This document shows, in pieces, positions 1 to 12,761 of a stretch of 64,000 nt of DNA (positions are counted from its first letter, which is position 1; every line of letters starts with the position of its first letter). Below the pieces are notes generated by a model, which searched no databases, was not told the DNA's origin, and worked only from the letters and a program-made list of their open reading frames with translations. The translations under genes and the position numbers were made by a program. This DNA comes from the human T2T-CHM13v2.0 reference genome, Homo sapiens: NCBI RefSeq assembly GCF_009914755.1, contig NC_060928.1; one strand, 5' to 3'.

Positions 1-1560
1 TCGGCGGGACTTGAGAACGGCAGGCCTCCGCTCCTCCTCCCCAGGGGCCATGACCCTCACACACCTCCCCACACCACCCCTCCCGCGACACACACGCAGT
101 ACTTGGGGCGACTGGGCGCCACTCCCACGCCAGAGCCCTGCCCCGCGCCCGCCTGGGGCCGAGCAGCCTGGCCCCTTCTCTTGTACCCCCACCCCCGCCC
201 GCTGCCGAGGCTCCAGATGGCTTCTCCTTGCGCTCGGCTCGCGGCCCCCAGACGCCGCCCGGCAGCAGCCGGCGGTCGCTCCCTCCCTCCCAGCTGCTGC
301 AGCAGAGACCGGGGCCATTTCGCGAGGCGGACGGGCTCCTCGGCAGGCTCCGATTGGGGTGGGAGAGCGGCCGCCGAGGGGCCCGCAGTAGCTGCGCTCC
401 CGGGGAAGGAGCCCCACAGTCCCCAGGTAAGGAAGCCGCTGGGCAGGCGAAGGGCGGGGAAGGAGGAGCCTGAGCGTTCCGGTACCCAACCCTCTCTCTT
501 TCTTGACCTTCCTCCCCTCTGCCCCTTCATCCTGGGCGCGGAGGGCGGAACAGTTTCTGGACCAGAGCACCCGCGAGAAGCAGGGAGCGGCCGCACAGCA
601 GCCAGAAGAGGGCGCCAGCACCCCGGGGCCGGGGCTACAGGGCTGGCTCTGCCCCGGCGTCCCGCCCCCGCCCCGGGGAACGCTGCCTCTGCCGCAAAGA
701 TGCCCCCTTCCGCTGGAAAGCGGTAATGCCCACCGCCCACCGCGACCACCCCTTCCCCATTTTTCTCAGTTCTAACTGTACTCCTCTCTCGTTTCCTTTT
801 TGCTTCTCTCTCTCTCTCCCCCCTCCCTCGTCCTCTCTTCCTCTCTCTTTCTCTCTGCGCTTGTTTTCTTACTTCCCCCTCCCTCCCCGCTTGCACCCCG
901 GTACTTTTCCTTTTCTTTTCTGATCACTGGCGGGGGGAGGGTTTGTCGCCCGCCGGAAGGTAGTGTGGAGGGGATGGATGTGTTTCACGCTCAGGTTCTG
1001 GCTCTGGCTCCTCTCCATAGGTGCCTCCCTGGGTGCTCGCGAAAGCAGCCCTGAGAATGGCAGCTCTCAGAGGTTGAAGTCATTCTTTTCGGGGGACGGG
1101 GCACGGCGACTGTTTGATTGGGGGGTGAGTTATGCACTTGGGGCAGCGCTTCCCTGGAATGCAGAGCTGGGGATTTCCCTTGCTAGACGGATGCTTAAAG
1201 TTCAGTGGCTTTGTACTGAGCCCCTTTCTCCCCTCGAAAAGTCATGACAGTCAAAAGTATCTCTCTTTCTCTCTCCCCCGCCCCCCACTTCTCTCCAAAA
1301 CCCTAAAGACAGCCTCCCCGGACAGTCTTCACCGTTTTTTTTCAGAAGCAGTTGCGCTGGGGGTGGGGAAAGGGAGGGAAGGGACATTGAAAGGCCGCGG
1401 TGGCTGGCAACTCCGCGCCCGTCCGATGTCCTCTCTAATCCCCCAGTGTTCTGGCGCGTGCCCACAGTGCCCCCAGACCCTCCGCTCGCCCGTGCGCCGA
1501 GGTCGTTGGGTTTTAGACCCAGAGAGCACGTTCCGTAAGCTCCTGGCCCAAATCCCCTCG
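1..1560. promoter_or_regulatory. CpG island (distal 5' region of PRDM8 locus), truncated by window start
   Basis: Very high GC and CpG density with GC-boxes (e.g. cccgcccc), interrupted by a CT-rich tract at ~783-920. Confidence 0.85.
783..920 (+). repeat. Polypyrimidine (CT-rich) low-complexity tract
   Basis: Nearly pure C/T: ctctctctctccccctccctcgtcctctcttcctctctcttt... Confidence 0.8.
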
Positions 1561-1679
1561 GAAAAATTAATCACAACCACCAGCGGATGCAAAATGTGTG
1601 CCTGTGTTGAGTCTGTCTTTTAATCCCGAACGTAATTCTAAAAAGCAGCATCAGACAAGAGCTTTATTAATCCCTTACA

Positions 1680-1889
1680 CGAGCAAATGCGATCTCTGAC
1701 CTACTAGACTTGTTTTCCTACAATTTCACAAAAAGCCTCGCTAGAGGAATGTGCAAGGACAGAAGGGAAACTGAGGAGACCCGCAACTCATTAGCGAAAT
1801 AATAGGGTGCACTTCAATAAAAATGCGGTCCTGAAGTGGAGCAGACTCACCGGCAAGGAGCCCGGAAAATCGTCAGGGGCGGCGGCAAA
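1680..1889 (+). other. PRDM8: Candidate distal non-coding first exon of PRDM8 (start approximate)
   Basis: Donor AAA|GTGAGT at 1889/1890 inside a CpG-rich block. I recall PRDM8 having a long isoform with several 5' non-coding exons. The TSS is not determinable from sequence. Confidence 0.4.
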
Positions 1890-2734
1890 GTGAGTGATGG
1901 GGATTGGAGGAAGGGGTAGGATTGGAGGAAGGGCCTCATGCACAGAGTGTGGTTGGGAGCTGGAGTGGGAACCCAGTTCGGTCTCTTCCGAAGGCTTAGG
2001 ACCCATGTGACTGAATTTAGGGGCTGTCCCCTTGCGAGGGCACTAGGACAACAGGAGGGGCGCACCTGCAATACGGATGAGTTCAGAGTTTGATCCCTTG
2101 GGGCCTTTTTCTCGCACTTGAGATTTCACTATCATGTCGTTCAATTAATCATATTTCCCTTCTCCCATTTTATTCAAAACCGTCTTCCAGTTCCCTCATA
2201 ATCGTAATTTGCGTCATTGCCTTTTATCGTTGATTAATTAGGAAGCCGAAAATGGTAATGGAGGGTCGGGCCAATAAATTAGCTTTAGGAACAGACGGAC
2301 GGACGTCCGAGGCTGCTGCATGGGTGGGCGCTGTCCACCGAAGCTGGCGGGGGCCACCGTCGCTGCAGCTGGCTTCTCAGGAAGGCGTTAAGGAAAAGGC
2401 GCGCGGTACTGGCTGAATGGAGAGATCCACTCTGAAATAAACCCGGTGGCCACAAGGGAAAACTTCTCACTGCACTAGGTGGAGAGACTCCTGTGACGCT
2501 TAGCTTTTCCCGTTTGGTATAGAAAAGGAAAGACTGGGTTGTTATAGAAATGGAGAAGAGGAAGGATGGGGTAGGATAAGAGTCAGACTCCTGTTACTTT
2601 CAGAGGCCTCCCTACTAGCGGGTAAACAGGTTTAAAGTCTGGGCCTTATTAGGAGCCTTTTTTTTTCCAGAACTGGAATGTTAGATTTACTTTTGCATCC
2701 TTTCCTTCCTCTTTCCACTTACCTACTGGTCTGA

Positions 2735-2799
2735 AAGAGGGAAGAAAGAAGGGAGGAAATAAGGGAGGAAGGAAGAGAAGGGAGAGAGAGAAGGCAGGG

Positions 2800-2842
<43 letters not shown>
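2735..2842 (+). repeat. Purine tract ending in (GA)n microsatellite
   Basis: gaggaaggaagagaagggagagagag..., then a perfect (GA)n run at ~2802-2842. Confidence 0.9.
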
Positions 2843-2846
<4 letters not shown>

Positions 2847-2979
2847 ATTGTCAAGATCAGATCAGTTAACTCCCTGGCCAAAGAGGAAAGTTGCTAATGT
2901 GGAGTTGCTCCCTGCCCTCAAAGAAGCAGCAGCTCTGGGCGGGTAGGGTCTCCTCTTTTCTCCCTTCATGAAATCGATC

Positions 2980-2998
2980 ACGCCTCCAGAGGGCTGAA
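2980..2998 (+). promoter_or_regulatory. CTCF-like motif, forward orientation
   Basis: CGCCTCCAGAGGGCTG resembles the CTCF core CCASYAGRKGGC with one mismatch. Confidence 0.45.
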
Positions 2999-4749
2999 GG
3001 AGAGCACTTTGCCACTCTTCACAGCTACACCCTGGCCTCTTTAGCTTTCAATTGAAAACCAATTAAAAGTTTCTATAAATCTGTTAGTGCCCCTTTTATC
3101 TGGGGACCCCTGATGCATGCGATATTGCCCTTTAGATGCCTCTTCCGTGTTTTGTTTTACAATTGTTGTATCAATATAATGCGGCCTTTCTTCTGCTGTC
3201 TCTATAGATACAGATACACAAGGAAAACCAAAGCTATTCAGGCTCCTCATTTGTCCAGCAGCCTAACAGTGGTGCCCTTTCTCTGTGCTGCTTTCCCTGC
3301 TTCGGGAGCAGCAGTTATGGTAGAAGCAGATGGCTACTGATTGGGGGAGCTTTGTGGCTCTAATACTGAATACTTTATGGAAAAGGACTTTATCATGCTT
3401 CGTTGGGCAGAGGAACAAGGGATGAGATTTATGGCCAGGAAAAATAAATCTTTTTCCAAGTTGTGGCTCCTTCTCACCAATGTCTCCTTTGCCCCCGGGG
3501 TAGAACACTGAGGAATTGGTTTTATTTTATTCTCCTTTTTGCTAACAGCACCTTTTAGTCAGGGTAGTGGACTAAGAGCCAGAAGTTTACGAAATACCCC
3601 AGGTTGTTGCTGTATCAGCATTCTCTGCCCTGGGGTGGGGGGGGAAGCAGAAGAATATCATCTTGAATGCTGTTTCAGGCCACGTTTTCTTGAATGTCCT
3701 CTTAGTTGATGGGTAAAATATTATTGTCCATTATTTTATTATCTATGAAGAACAGAAAAGAATGCTAAGAGCTCCCATTTGAAGTCAGAGGATGATACTG
3801 GTATTGAAGGAGAGGGGGAAATGATGGGGCATTTGGTAATGCAGGTATGCTTCTCTACTTTGAAAGGGTCTGAGCTATGGAGATAATTAGGGGATGTCTG
3901 TGAATTTAGGGTTTGGGGCTCCAAATTGAATTTCCAAGGTTTGGGGGATATACAGAGTCCAACCCTATACTGGAGGCCTAATTCACCCCAAGATAGTCCA
4001 TATCATTTCTCTTTTCTTCTCTTCACCTGAGTTTTACTTGTAACTTCTCTTGAGTCAGGTTTGCTCCGCGTCTGTTGTTGGGTTATGCCCCTTCTCTATA
4101 TGCAGGGGGATGCAACCTCCTGCTCCTCCTGTCCTCGGAGTCTGTTCTTCTAGAGTAATGTCACCCCCCTTCCTGAGATCTGTAACATAAAGTCACTCAG
4201 AAATGCTCCTATAGAGCCCCAAATGCCTACTGGCAACCTGGCACCAAGAGATGGCAGTCAATCCCAGCTCTGGGTCTCCATTCCCATTTCAGACAGACTC
4301 TTTGTCTCCCTGATTTTTGAAACGTCATTTTCTGTTCAAGAAACATTTGTTGAGTGTCTTCCATGTTGCAAGTCCCTTTTCTCTGCCTTTTCAATCCTTT
4401 TACCTTGTACCTAAACACTAAAGACAAAAGGCCAGGAGGACCCGCATTCAGCTTCCACAAGGGTCACCTAACTTTCTACCACAAGCTACTTCCTTCCAAC
4501 TCTCCAGTCACTACCACCCCACACACTGACATGCATCTTTGCATCTTGTTTCTCTCCAAAGAGGAAAAAAATTGGGAGGAGAGAGCTGAGATTTTAAAAA
4601 TTCTATTTACCCAGCATTCCAAAGCAGAAGACACTGAGCTGCTTTAAACTTTGGGCATTTCTTTTGTGCTAGGCTGAATGCTCTTCCAGCCTCATCACAC
4701 TTAATTCTTATGCTGACCCTTTAAATATGATGTTATTGATGTTAAATAT

Positions 4750-5020
4750 TATAATATCCCTATTTCACAGATCCCCCTGCTTCACAGGAAACAAAAGCAT
4801 AGAGATACTAACTAACTCAAGCAAGTGGCCTAGCTGGGATCTGAACCCAGGCTTCATAACCACTCTATGAGATAGATGTTGTCTTCACTATTTTACAAAT
4901 GAAGATACTAAATTTCAGAGAGGTTATGTAATTTGCTCAAACACACAGGTAGGAGATTACAGACCCCGGGTTCAGACCTGAGTGTTCAAAATCCCAAATA
5001 TCAACCTCTTAACCACTGCC
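4750..5020 (-). mobile_element. MIR SINE fragments (two adjacent pieces)
   Basis: attttacaaatgaagatactaa...agaggttatgtaatttgctcaa...ctcttaaccact matches the reverse-complemented MIR core. Confidence 0.7.
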
Positions 5021-5099
5021 TCTTGGATCCTTCAGGAGGAAGAGCAACTGGGAACCCACAACTGACCGCTATTACCTGATCCCCAGTCCTAGCCTGGGC

Positions 5100-5850
5100 G
5101 GAAAGTTTCATATAACTTGAGACGGTGCGCGTGGGGAAAACGTAAAGCTCCCGTTCAGGGCTGCTCCTGCGCGGAAGCTGCGTGGGCTAGGAGAAGGAGG
5201 CTCCGCCGGGCATCGCGAGCCAGACAGGGAGCTCCGTCTGTCGTGCGGCCCACAGGGCTCCGCTCGAAGCCAGCGTGCGGGCGCTGGGACAAGGAGTGAG
5301 GGCAGCCACGGGGGGAACTCGCCCTGCACAAAGCTCCAGTGCCAGTGGTGTAGCTGCTGCCTCCGGGCATCAGTTACCTCGTCCTGCCAAGCTCCGGGAC
5401 TTGGGTGTGTAGGGGAGGGCTGGAGCCATCCACCCGGTCCGCATCTGAGCCACAGCCCTTCACAGGAGTGGGAAGGTCACGCGCGCTCTAGGAGGCCCAG
5501 AGCCCTGGTCAGCGCTGGGAAGCCCGGTCCCCAGGTTTCTCTGCCCACCCCCAGACCTCGGCTTTTGGCCGCGGCGCTGGAGTTTACCATCAACGTGTTC
5601 ACATGCTTCTCATCCTACGGAGTCGCCCGGATCAGCCTTTAACAGACTGACTTATCCGCGTTTCTAACGTGGCACCGCGACCCTGACCCTTGGCGCCTCT
5701 ACCAGGCCTAAAGAAAGAACTTGCAAGCTGGGCATGGGAGGATGGAAGTCAAATATCAATCTACCGGGCAGGCCTTCCGCAGCAAACTGATTGCTCTTGC
5801 ATTAAACCTGGGGTGGGGGTGGGAGGTGCGCGGTGCGGGCTGGGAAAGAG
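5100..5850. promoter_or_regulatory. CpG island
   Basis: Local rise in GC and CpG (cgcg, gccgcggcgc) against AT-rich flanks. Confidence 0.7.
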
Positions 5851-5984
5851 GGAAGGGATGACTGCCTTTCCTTCCATTTCTCCCTAGAAACTTCGGGAAA
5901 TCCTCAGCCCTCGCTGGGTCACTTGGAAAGTGGGTTCACAATACAGTTCCCAGTTTTCTAATGAGGAAGCAAAGGCAGTGTTAG

Positions 5985-6180
5985 TAACAATAGGCAGCTC
6001 TGAAATGGGCATTTAGTATGTACCAAGCGTTGTTCTCTGCTTGCTAAGTATCACCTCAGCACTAACTTTATGAAAAGGGTCCCTTTAATGCTCTCAGTTC
6101 ACAGATGAAAGACTGAAGTATAGACCAGTTAAATTACCTGAGTGGGGAGGGCTGGGATTCGAAGCCATGCAGTCCTGGTT
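5985..6180 (-). mobile_element. MIR SINE fragment
   Basis: cacagatgaaagactgaag...gttaaattacctgag...gctgggattcgaagcc resembles the MIR core in reverse. Confidence 0.6.
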
Positions 6181-6369
6181 CCCCTGTGGAATTGTGGGCT
6201 TTCCTGAGCCTGAATTGTTGGTCCTTCTTCTTGGGTCAGTTCTCCAGACTTCTAAGGAGAATGTTCATTAATGAAGGCATTGAGACCATCTCGTGTCCAA
6301 GACTGAAATGAAACTAGCCCTGGCTCTTGGAAGTGATCCCTTACCATCTGCTCAGCAACTGGCTTTCCA

Positions 6370-7030
6370 AAGCGCGTTCGCCCTCGTTCCCTTAGAGTCC
6401 TCACTGCGATCCGGGAGGCAGCTCTTGCCAGCTTTTGTTCAACCGGAGGAAAACCAAGGCTGAGCTAGGTCATCGGCAGCCCAGCTAGTAAGAAATGGGA
6501 ACACAGGCTCCTGCCCTGCTAAACGAGATCAGGCGACCAGCTGGTCGAGGTCGTGCACAGAGGCAGGGAGAGAGGGTGGTGGAAAGAGTGTTAGGTTCCC
6601 GCAGGCCCCGCCCTTGGAACGCCTTTCCGCAGGTTAAGTGGTCACCTAGCGGGAAGCAAGTGATGGCACTAATTGCCGGTGGAAGGCTAAAGAACATGGG
6701 AAATGTGGCGGGCCCTTGGGAACTGCATTTCCTCCCTGCTTCGCCCAGGGCTCATTTGGAGCGTACCAAGCGCACCGCTTGGCCCCACACTGCCCCACAT
6801 TCACGGTTTGCGCACTGTGCGTCTACAAGGGCGACGCCGGGCAGACGATGGCTTGTTTTGTTCTGCCCTGGTAGCCTCCTGTGTCAGGGCTCTGCACTCT
6901 TTGGTGAATCAGCTCAAACGATGTGATCTGTGTCTGCGCCTCCTGATACTGTGGGGGCGTTACTCTCCTTGGATCTCTCCCAGGGAAACCCGGTTTGCCA
7001 ACATTGAAGTCCGTGATTTGGCCTTCTCTG
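6370..7030. promoter_or_regulatory. CpG-rich block with GC-box and a reverse CTCF-like motif (~6638-6656)
   Basis: ggccccgccc at ~6604-6613; gtcacctagcgg reads CCGCTAGGTGAC on the minus strand. Confidence 0.55.
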
Positions 7031-10000
7031 CACTCTTAGTTCTGTCGCTGTACCTTTCACTAAGACATGGGCACCGGACAATCTAGACATCAGGAAGTGT
7101 CCGAGTCTAGCAGGCACTTCTGTGCCTTGTCTTGCTTCCCAAACTTAGGACTCAAACTCAGCTGTGTGGGGCCTTGAGGAGGAGCAGCTAATTCAGTCCC
7201 CCAGGTTAGAAATGAAACTCGTTGCATTCGGTGCATTGGCATTGGCTTTCTCGAGGATATTTTCACAAGTTTAGGGGAACCCCACTTATCTGGAACATAG
7301 ATGTCTTAGGACTTCAGTAAACTGACTCTAGAATATAGATAATGCTGTGGGATAGTTGATCACACACACAAGATATTAGATAGTAACATTATACTCAGGA
7401 AATATATTCTTTATAGCTATTCAATTTGCTCCCTTGGGACCAATTGCTGTCCTGTATGACTTCACACAAACTATTTTCTCAAAACCACCCTACATGAAAA
7501 CATCCAAAAAAGAGCACTGGCTACTTAATGGACAAGCATCCAAGTAAAATGACAGTCCTAAAACTTATTTTTAATTGCTGCCTTTGACAACATTCACCCC
7601 AACCTTCTTAAACACACACCCATACCCATATATGCATAGAGGACAATTTCTGCTCAGGTATAAAGTTATTCAGGCCTAAGTTAAATTCTAGGCCTAGCAA
7701 ATCTCAACATCTAGGTCATTATATTCAACATGTTTATTCTTAGGAATGTATGAGTGTTTTATTTAGCAATTCCGGGTATTATTTCTTTGAAAAATATGAG
7801 TTTTCCTTTAAACTTCCTTAAAAGGAGATTATGAATAATACCACGGTTACTATATTATATTACAGATACTATCAAATCAGCCTGGGAAGCATCTTTTCGC
7901 TCAGCAAGTTCAAGAGAACAAATATGTTACAATCCTTGCCTATTCTTGCCTCCACTTCATAATGTAAGTCCAGAAGTGTTTATAGTAATAATGATGTTGC
8001 TGCATTTGTGACATGTTGATCTTTGAATTTTTTTAAGGAGACCACCTTTCCAAGTATTAGCAGTGAGGAAAGACTTACATTGGTAGCTTTCAAGTGTTTT
8101 TGAAAATCTTCTGAAAACTAACACCTTTTCATATAATGTTTTGGGAGACATCCCCCATTGATGCTAAATTAATACCCCTGGATTAAATCATAGAACACCT
8201 GGGATTAATTGAACTGAAATCATGAAAGATAGTTTTCACTCAGAGTTCAGTTGGCAATATGAGCAAGGGAGCAGTTTGGGAGCATAATTTGTGAAGAAAT
8301 TGAACCATATTTCCAATACTCTTTAATACAAGGTAAATCACCACTATTGTGGTTCCTAACTGGTATCCGCTTCTCAAATACTCTTTGTCTCTCTCTTTCT
8401 TCCTTTCTTTTTACTTTCTTTCTCTCGCTTCTCTCTTCCTGGAGAAAATGAAATGTCTCTCTCTTCAGGCCTCAGGAAAGTGTACCATGGGTTTATTCCA
8501 AGTACTGGACATTTGTGTCCCCTGCCTAGACCTCTTTCCCAGAAGAGCCATGCTTTCTGCTGCTTTTTCCCCAGCAGCCCGAATTCTTACAGTCCATACC
8601 TCAGAAAGCTAACTGGGATTAGATGTCAAGGAGTGTAGTCTGCCCAGGATATATATGCTGTGTGTCTATCGTTGCCTCTTTATTTAACTCAGGAATTACA
8701 ATCCACCTAAAACAGAGAAGAAAAGGGTGGCACACAGGTACTGAATTGGGATGATGTCCATTCTCCTGGCTGTGTGAAGAAATTTGATGTAAAGCCTCTC
8801 AATGTTGTCACATTCCCAAGGCCTAGAGTTAGACTTCTCAAAATTTCATTTGAGACTGCTGGACACCAATTTGAGACTGCTAGACATCCCCTGATCTGCA
8901 GTCTGCCTAAAAATCCTGACCCAGAGGGTAAGGAGGTTCAGAGTGACTGATGGAGAACTGGCTACAACCAGTCAACCCCCTTCACACTGAGATGCGTTCA
9001 AAGGGTGTGGTGTCTGAGTCTAGGAAGGACTTTGGAACCTACAGATTTGACAAAAATCCAAGCCTTTTCTTGCCAGATCTTTACACACTCATCTGGGGAA
9101 GAGTATAACATTTGGGAGAACCCAGGGGGTTGAAATAGTGGATATTGGATTTGGTTCAGAGGTCACACTCACACAGATGAGTATGGGGCACTGATTTCAT
9201 ATCTGTTGGTAGTTGTGCACAATGTCACTTCGGTTTGCTAGCCCTTCTAAAAGTCATACTCAGAGGCCATTAAGCCAGTTCACTACAACCCAGATCCAGG
9301 AGAGGAAGATAATAACATACAGCTTTCAAAGACTATCCCATTCTCAGCTGAACTCCAACACAAGTGTAAGTAAAACTTGGGAAAGGCTAAGAGAGAAAGT
9401 TTTAAACTTGAGAAAGGTAGATTATCATTGTAATGATAATGGTGGTAGTAGTAGCTGCAGGAGCAGCAGGATTAAAAGCAGGATCATTTACGAGGAAAAG
9501 CCCAAGAGAGAAAAGTATGAGTCAGAAGTAATGATCCCTACAGTTGGGAGCCTGAAGTCCTTCCTCACAGGCTACAAAATTACCCAACGCTGAGTCTCTG
9601 GCTTTCCCAGGGCCAGCCTGGAAAACATTTGCTCATGTAATACCCAGTGAGCCAACTACAATACTTAGGGTGAGGAACAGACCTAAACTGAGTTTGCAAT
9701 GTATACTTATAAAAAACGAGTAGCCCTTCCCACACCCCACCCCCTCACATCATCCTTTACCCAACTCAGCAAGCATGGCTCTTCTCGACTCACCAAAATG
9801 TAAAACAAACAAACAAACCCCTCTGGGTCTTTTTAAAAACCCACCATGTATCTTTCTCTTGATAAAGGCAAAGTGGTAGAAAATGAGTTAACAACCCTCT
9901 GAACAACATTTTTGGCACAGGCCTGGTGTTTTTCTTAATTGACCAGCCCATCATTTCTGTTTCTCTTTCATGTACAAGTAGTCAGTAAAGTTTATCCCTT

Positions 10001-10601
10001 AAAAAGTTCCTTATTCTGAATGGTGAGGCTAGGTAATACAATACTCCTCCTTGAAGATCTATTCTCTTCCTCCCTCAACCCTCACAGCCCCTTCCAGAGA
10101 CCTCCCTGTGGGAAATTAATAAGCTTAGGAAGGAGCTGCCACTGTCTGCTCCATTGGCATCCTCTTATCTTCCAGTGTGTGGGTTTTTTCCCCCCCTTTC
10201 ACCATGAATTGCCATACTCTTTTGACAATCAAGCCTTTGCTGGCATAGTGCTTTGGCAATAGAGTTAGAGGTGGGTAAGCCAGGACCTAGAAAGATATAG
10301 AAAAAGAAAATCAGTGTGTTTTCATTCTCATGGGATAATAATCTTTACGTGAATTATTCTTGGAGATGTTACCTGCCTCTTATCACAGAAGTTGAAATAT
10401 TTTGGGCTCCATTTTTGAACCCTGGGAAGAGAAAGAGTGTTCCCATTCTAATACTCCCTAAGAATTAAAATTCCCTTTCTTACCCTTTCTCCACCCTCTC
10501 ACTTAGGTCATAAAAGCCACCTGGGGTGTCATTTATCAACCTCTCTCCAGCCCACTCTTCCAAAATAACACTACAGTTTCCTACATGTGTATTTTTGCCA
10601 G

Positions 10602-10633
10602 GACTCCAAAGAGCCTTGCTAAAGTGGAACAAG
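10602..10633 (+). other. PRDM8: Candidate 5' UTR exon (acceptor could instead be at 10551)
   Basis: Strong donor AAG|GTGAGC at 10633/10634; acceptors tttttgccag (ends 10601) or ctctctccag (ends 10550). Confidence 0.35.
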
Positions 10634-11892
10634 GTGAGCATACCCACTCTTCATTGTCATTCTTCTAATTACTTAATTGGAAATAAAATCCTAGGGAAGA
10701 GAGCTCCAAATATATGCATAAACCCATTGTTCCATATGAATTACATAAAACTATTGACTAGGTACACTTTTATAGTACTGTCTGAGGCTGAATAAATGCC
10801 TCAACCCTTCATTTAGTATCAGTGAATTCCAGTAAGTATTAATGCAGAGTGATTTCAAAGTAGTTTATGTACCATTTTAGCCCATAAATTTCTACAGAAA
10901 TAAAAATAATTTGTAGATTTTCTTTATCCCCTATTAATTATTGTCATTTAGGACATTTATATTACCAAGCAAAATGTGTACCACTTAAATTACTAGAAAA
11001 CTCTTCAAGTAAGAATTTCGACTTAATCTTACTTATATTGTTTTGTTATGTCAGTTATTTAACTCATAATAAAAAGGGTAGGTCAGATTCATAAAATGTG
11101 AGAAATTCTTATATTTAAGGATCTCTACCTGAAAGCAGTAGGAAAAAAATTAATTAGAGGGCAAAAAAGTGAAACTGAAATGAAGCATCTGTTGGCCAGA
11201 TTCTCAATAAATTGCTCCCTTCTCAGATGTATAAAATTGTCGCTGTTTTCTAGCTTAAGACATAAAAAGGTCAAGCTGTTCCACCCTCAACTTAAGTACC
11301 AAAAACATTATTTTATACAAACTGGAGTCAAGGTTTTAGTACCTCAAAAGAAATATAGTTTAAATGGTCTCTGTATTTAATAAGAGAAAGGCCAGGCACA
11401 AGAAAAATGCCTTCCATTTAGAGTTTATTTTCTAAATGTCCACATTCTGGAGTAGAGGCTTACATATTTACAATATGTAAGATAATTTTTTAATGGTTTG
11501 CATGGACAGATGACTTTTCCTGAAAGATAAAATTCCAATTCTCTAAATAACAGCAAAAGAAAGCATTAAGGAGTGTTCTGTTAGACAGATTAATGAAATT
11601 ATGTTCTTAAACACTGCTCCTCACACACCATATTGCATTTATCAGTCTAGTTTCTAAGGGACCACATGACTCTCTTATGGCTACTTTTCTTTCTTAACTT
11701 GAAGTTGTTTACACCCGTGCCTCTTCTGCTCTTTATTTTTCTTCTTTCTTCTACTCTGAATTAACTTAAGTTTCTGGCCACTATTCTTCAAACCTGAGGT
11801 TTATTTTCCAGATGTTTGAGACATTATTTTCACATTTCTAATGCTTCCACCCATTCTTTAAAGAAGTATTAGGGGACCATGTGTCCATACTT

Positions 11893-11940
11893 TGTGTGTG
11901 TGTGTGTGTGTGTTTGTGTGTGTGTAGAGAGAGAGAGAGA
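11893..11940 (+). repeat. Compound (TG)n(AG)n microsatellite
   Basis: Read directly from sequence. Confidence 0.95.
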
Positions 11941-12292
11941 CTGAGAAGTGAATCTAGTATTCAATGGAGCAATCAGTCAGAAGACAATTGGTAGCTCAGT
12001 ATAGCTGCAGATTCTTACATACAGGCATGTGAGAGAGCCCTCATTGCACTGAGCCTTGGTCATTAGGAGCCAACCTTAGCCGAAGTAGATAAAATTGCAC
12101 ATAGCCAAAGTACATAAAACTGCACTTCAAGAAGCTTTCTTTGAAAAGTCAGTAGCTAACCTGAAAACTAAGGGATTCCCCATTTTCTCTGAATATATGG
12201 GGATTTTGCAGCCCTTCCTTCTGTGAATTTCAGCTTAATTCTAGGCAGCAATTCGGAATTTGCCTGGGGTACTAACCAGAAAAGAGAAGGAA

Positions 12293-12295
<3 letters not shown>

Positions 12296-12369
<74 letters not shown>
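12296..12369 (+). repeat. Compound (CA)n(GA)n microsatellite
   Basis: Read directly from sequence. Confidence 0.95.
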
Positions 12370-12371
<2 letters not shown>

Positions 12372-12422
12372 AAGGAAGAACATGAACTTCATGGGAAAGT
12401 CCTTGCACTTGTTTCTCCTCAG

Positions 12423-12534
12423 CAAAATCCTCCCCTGGCCTCCTGGGACTGCAGTCACCAGGCTGTCAAAGCCTCAATACCCCACTGAGTTCCAGAGAAG
12501 GGTCTCAAAGCTGGGAGAGGATCAAACTAACATG
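12423..12534 (+). other. PRDM8: Candidate 5' UTR exon
   Basis: Acceptor cttgtttctcctcag| and donor ATG|GTAAGC define a 112-nt exon. Confidence 0.5.
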
Positions 12535-12761
12535 GTAAGCTGCTCTTTGCCAACTCCCCAAATACATTATTTCAACACTAGGAAAAACAACAACGAGGCT
12601 GTCTCCTTACGTTGTGGTTCTGCCTCCTCCACTTTAGCTAGCTACACAATCCGATTTATCCTAATGCTGACAGATTGCCCACTTCAAAGTAGTGGTGGTG
12701 TGTGTGGGGCTGAAGGAGTTGAGAAACTGTCTATACCACTCAAAGGCCTTTCTTCCTTTAG

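Noticed and set aside
11-896. Overlapping 126-279 aa ORFs on both strands
   Set aside because: GC-rich CpG island plus a CT tract suppress stop codons; products are Pro/Arg/Gly/Ala-rich with no domain.
2326-2350. Possible REST/RE1 site (GGACAGCGCC on minus strand)
   Set aside because: Only the right half-site matches; the left half and spacing are poor.
8848-8886. 18-bp near-perfect direct repeat (atttgagactgct(g/a)gaca, period 21)
   Set aside because: Two copies only, a simple local duplication and not an array.
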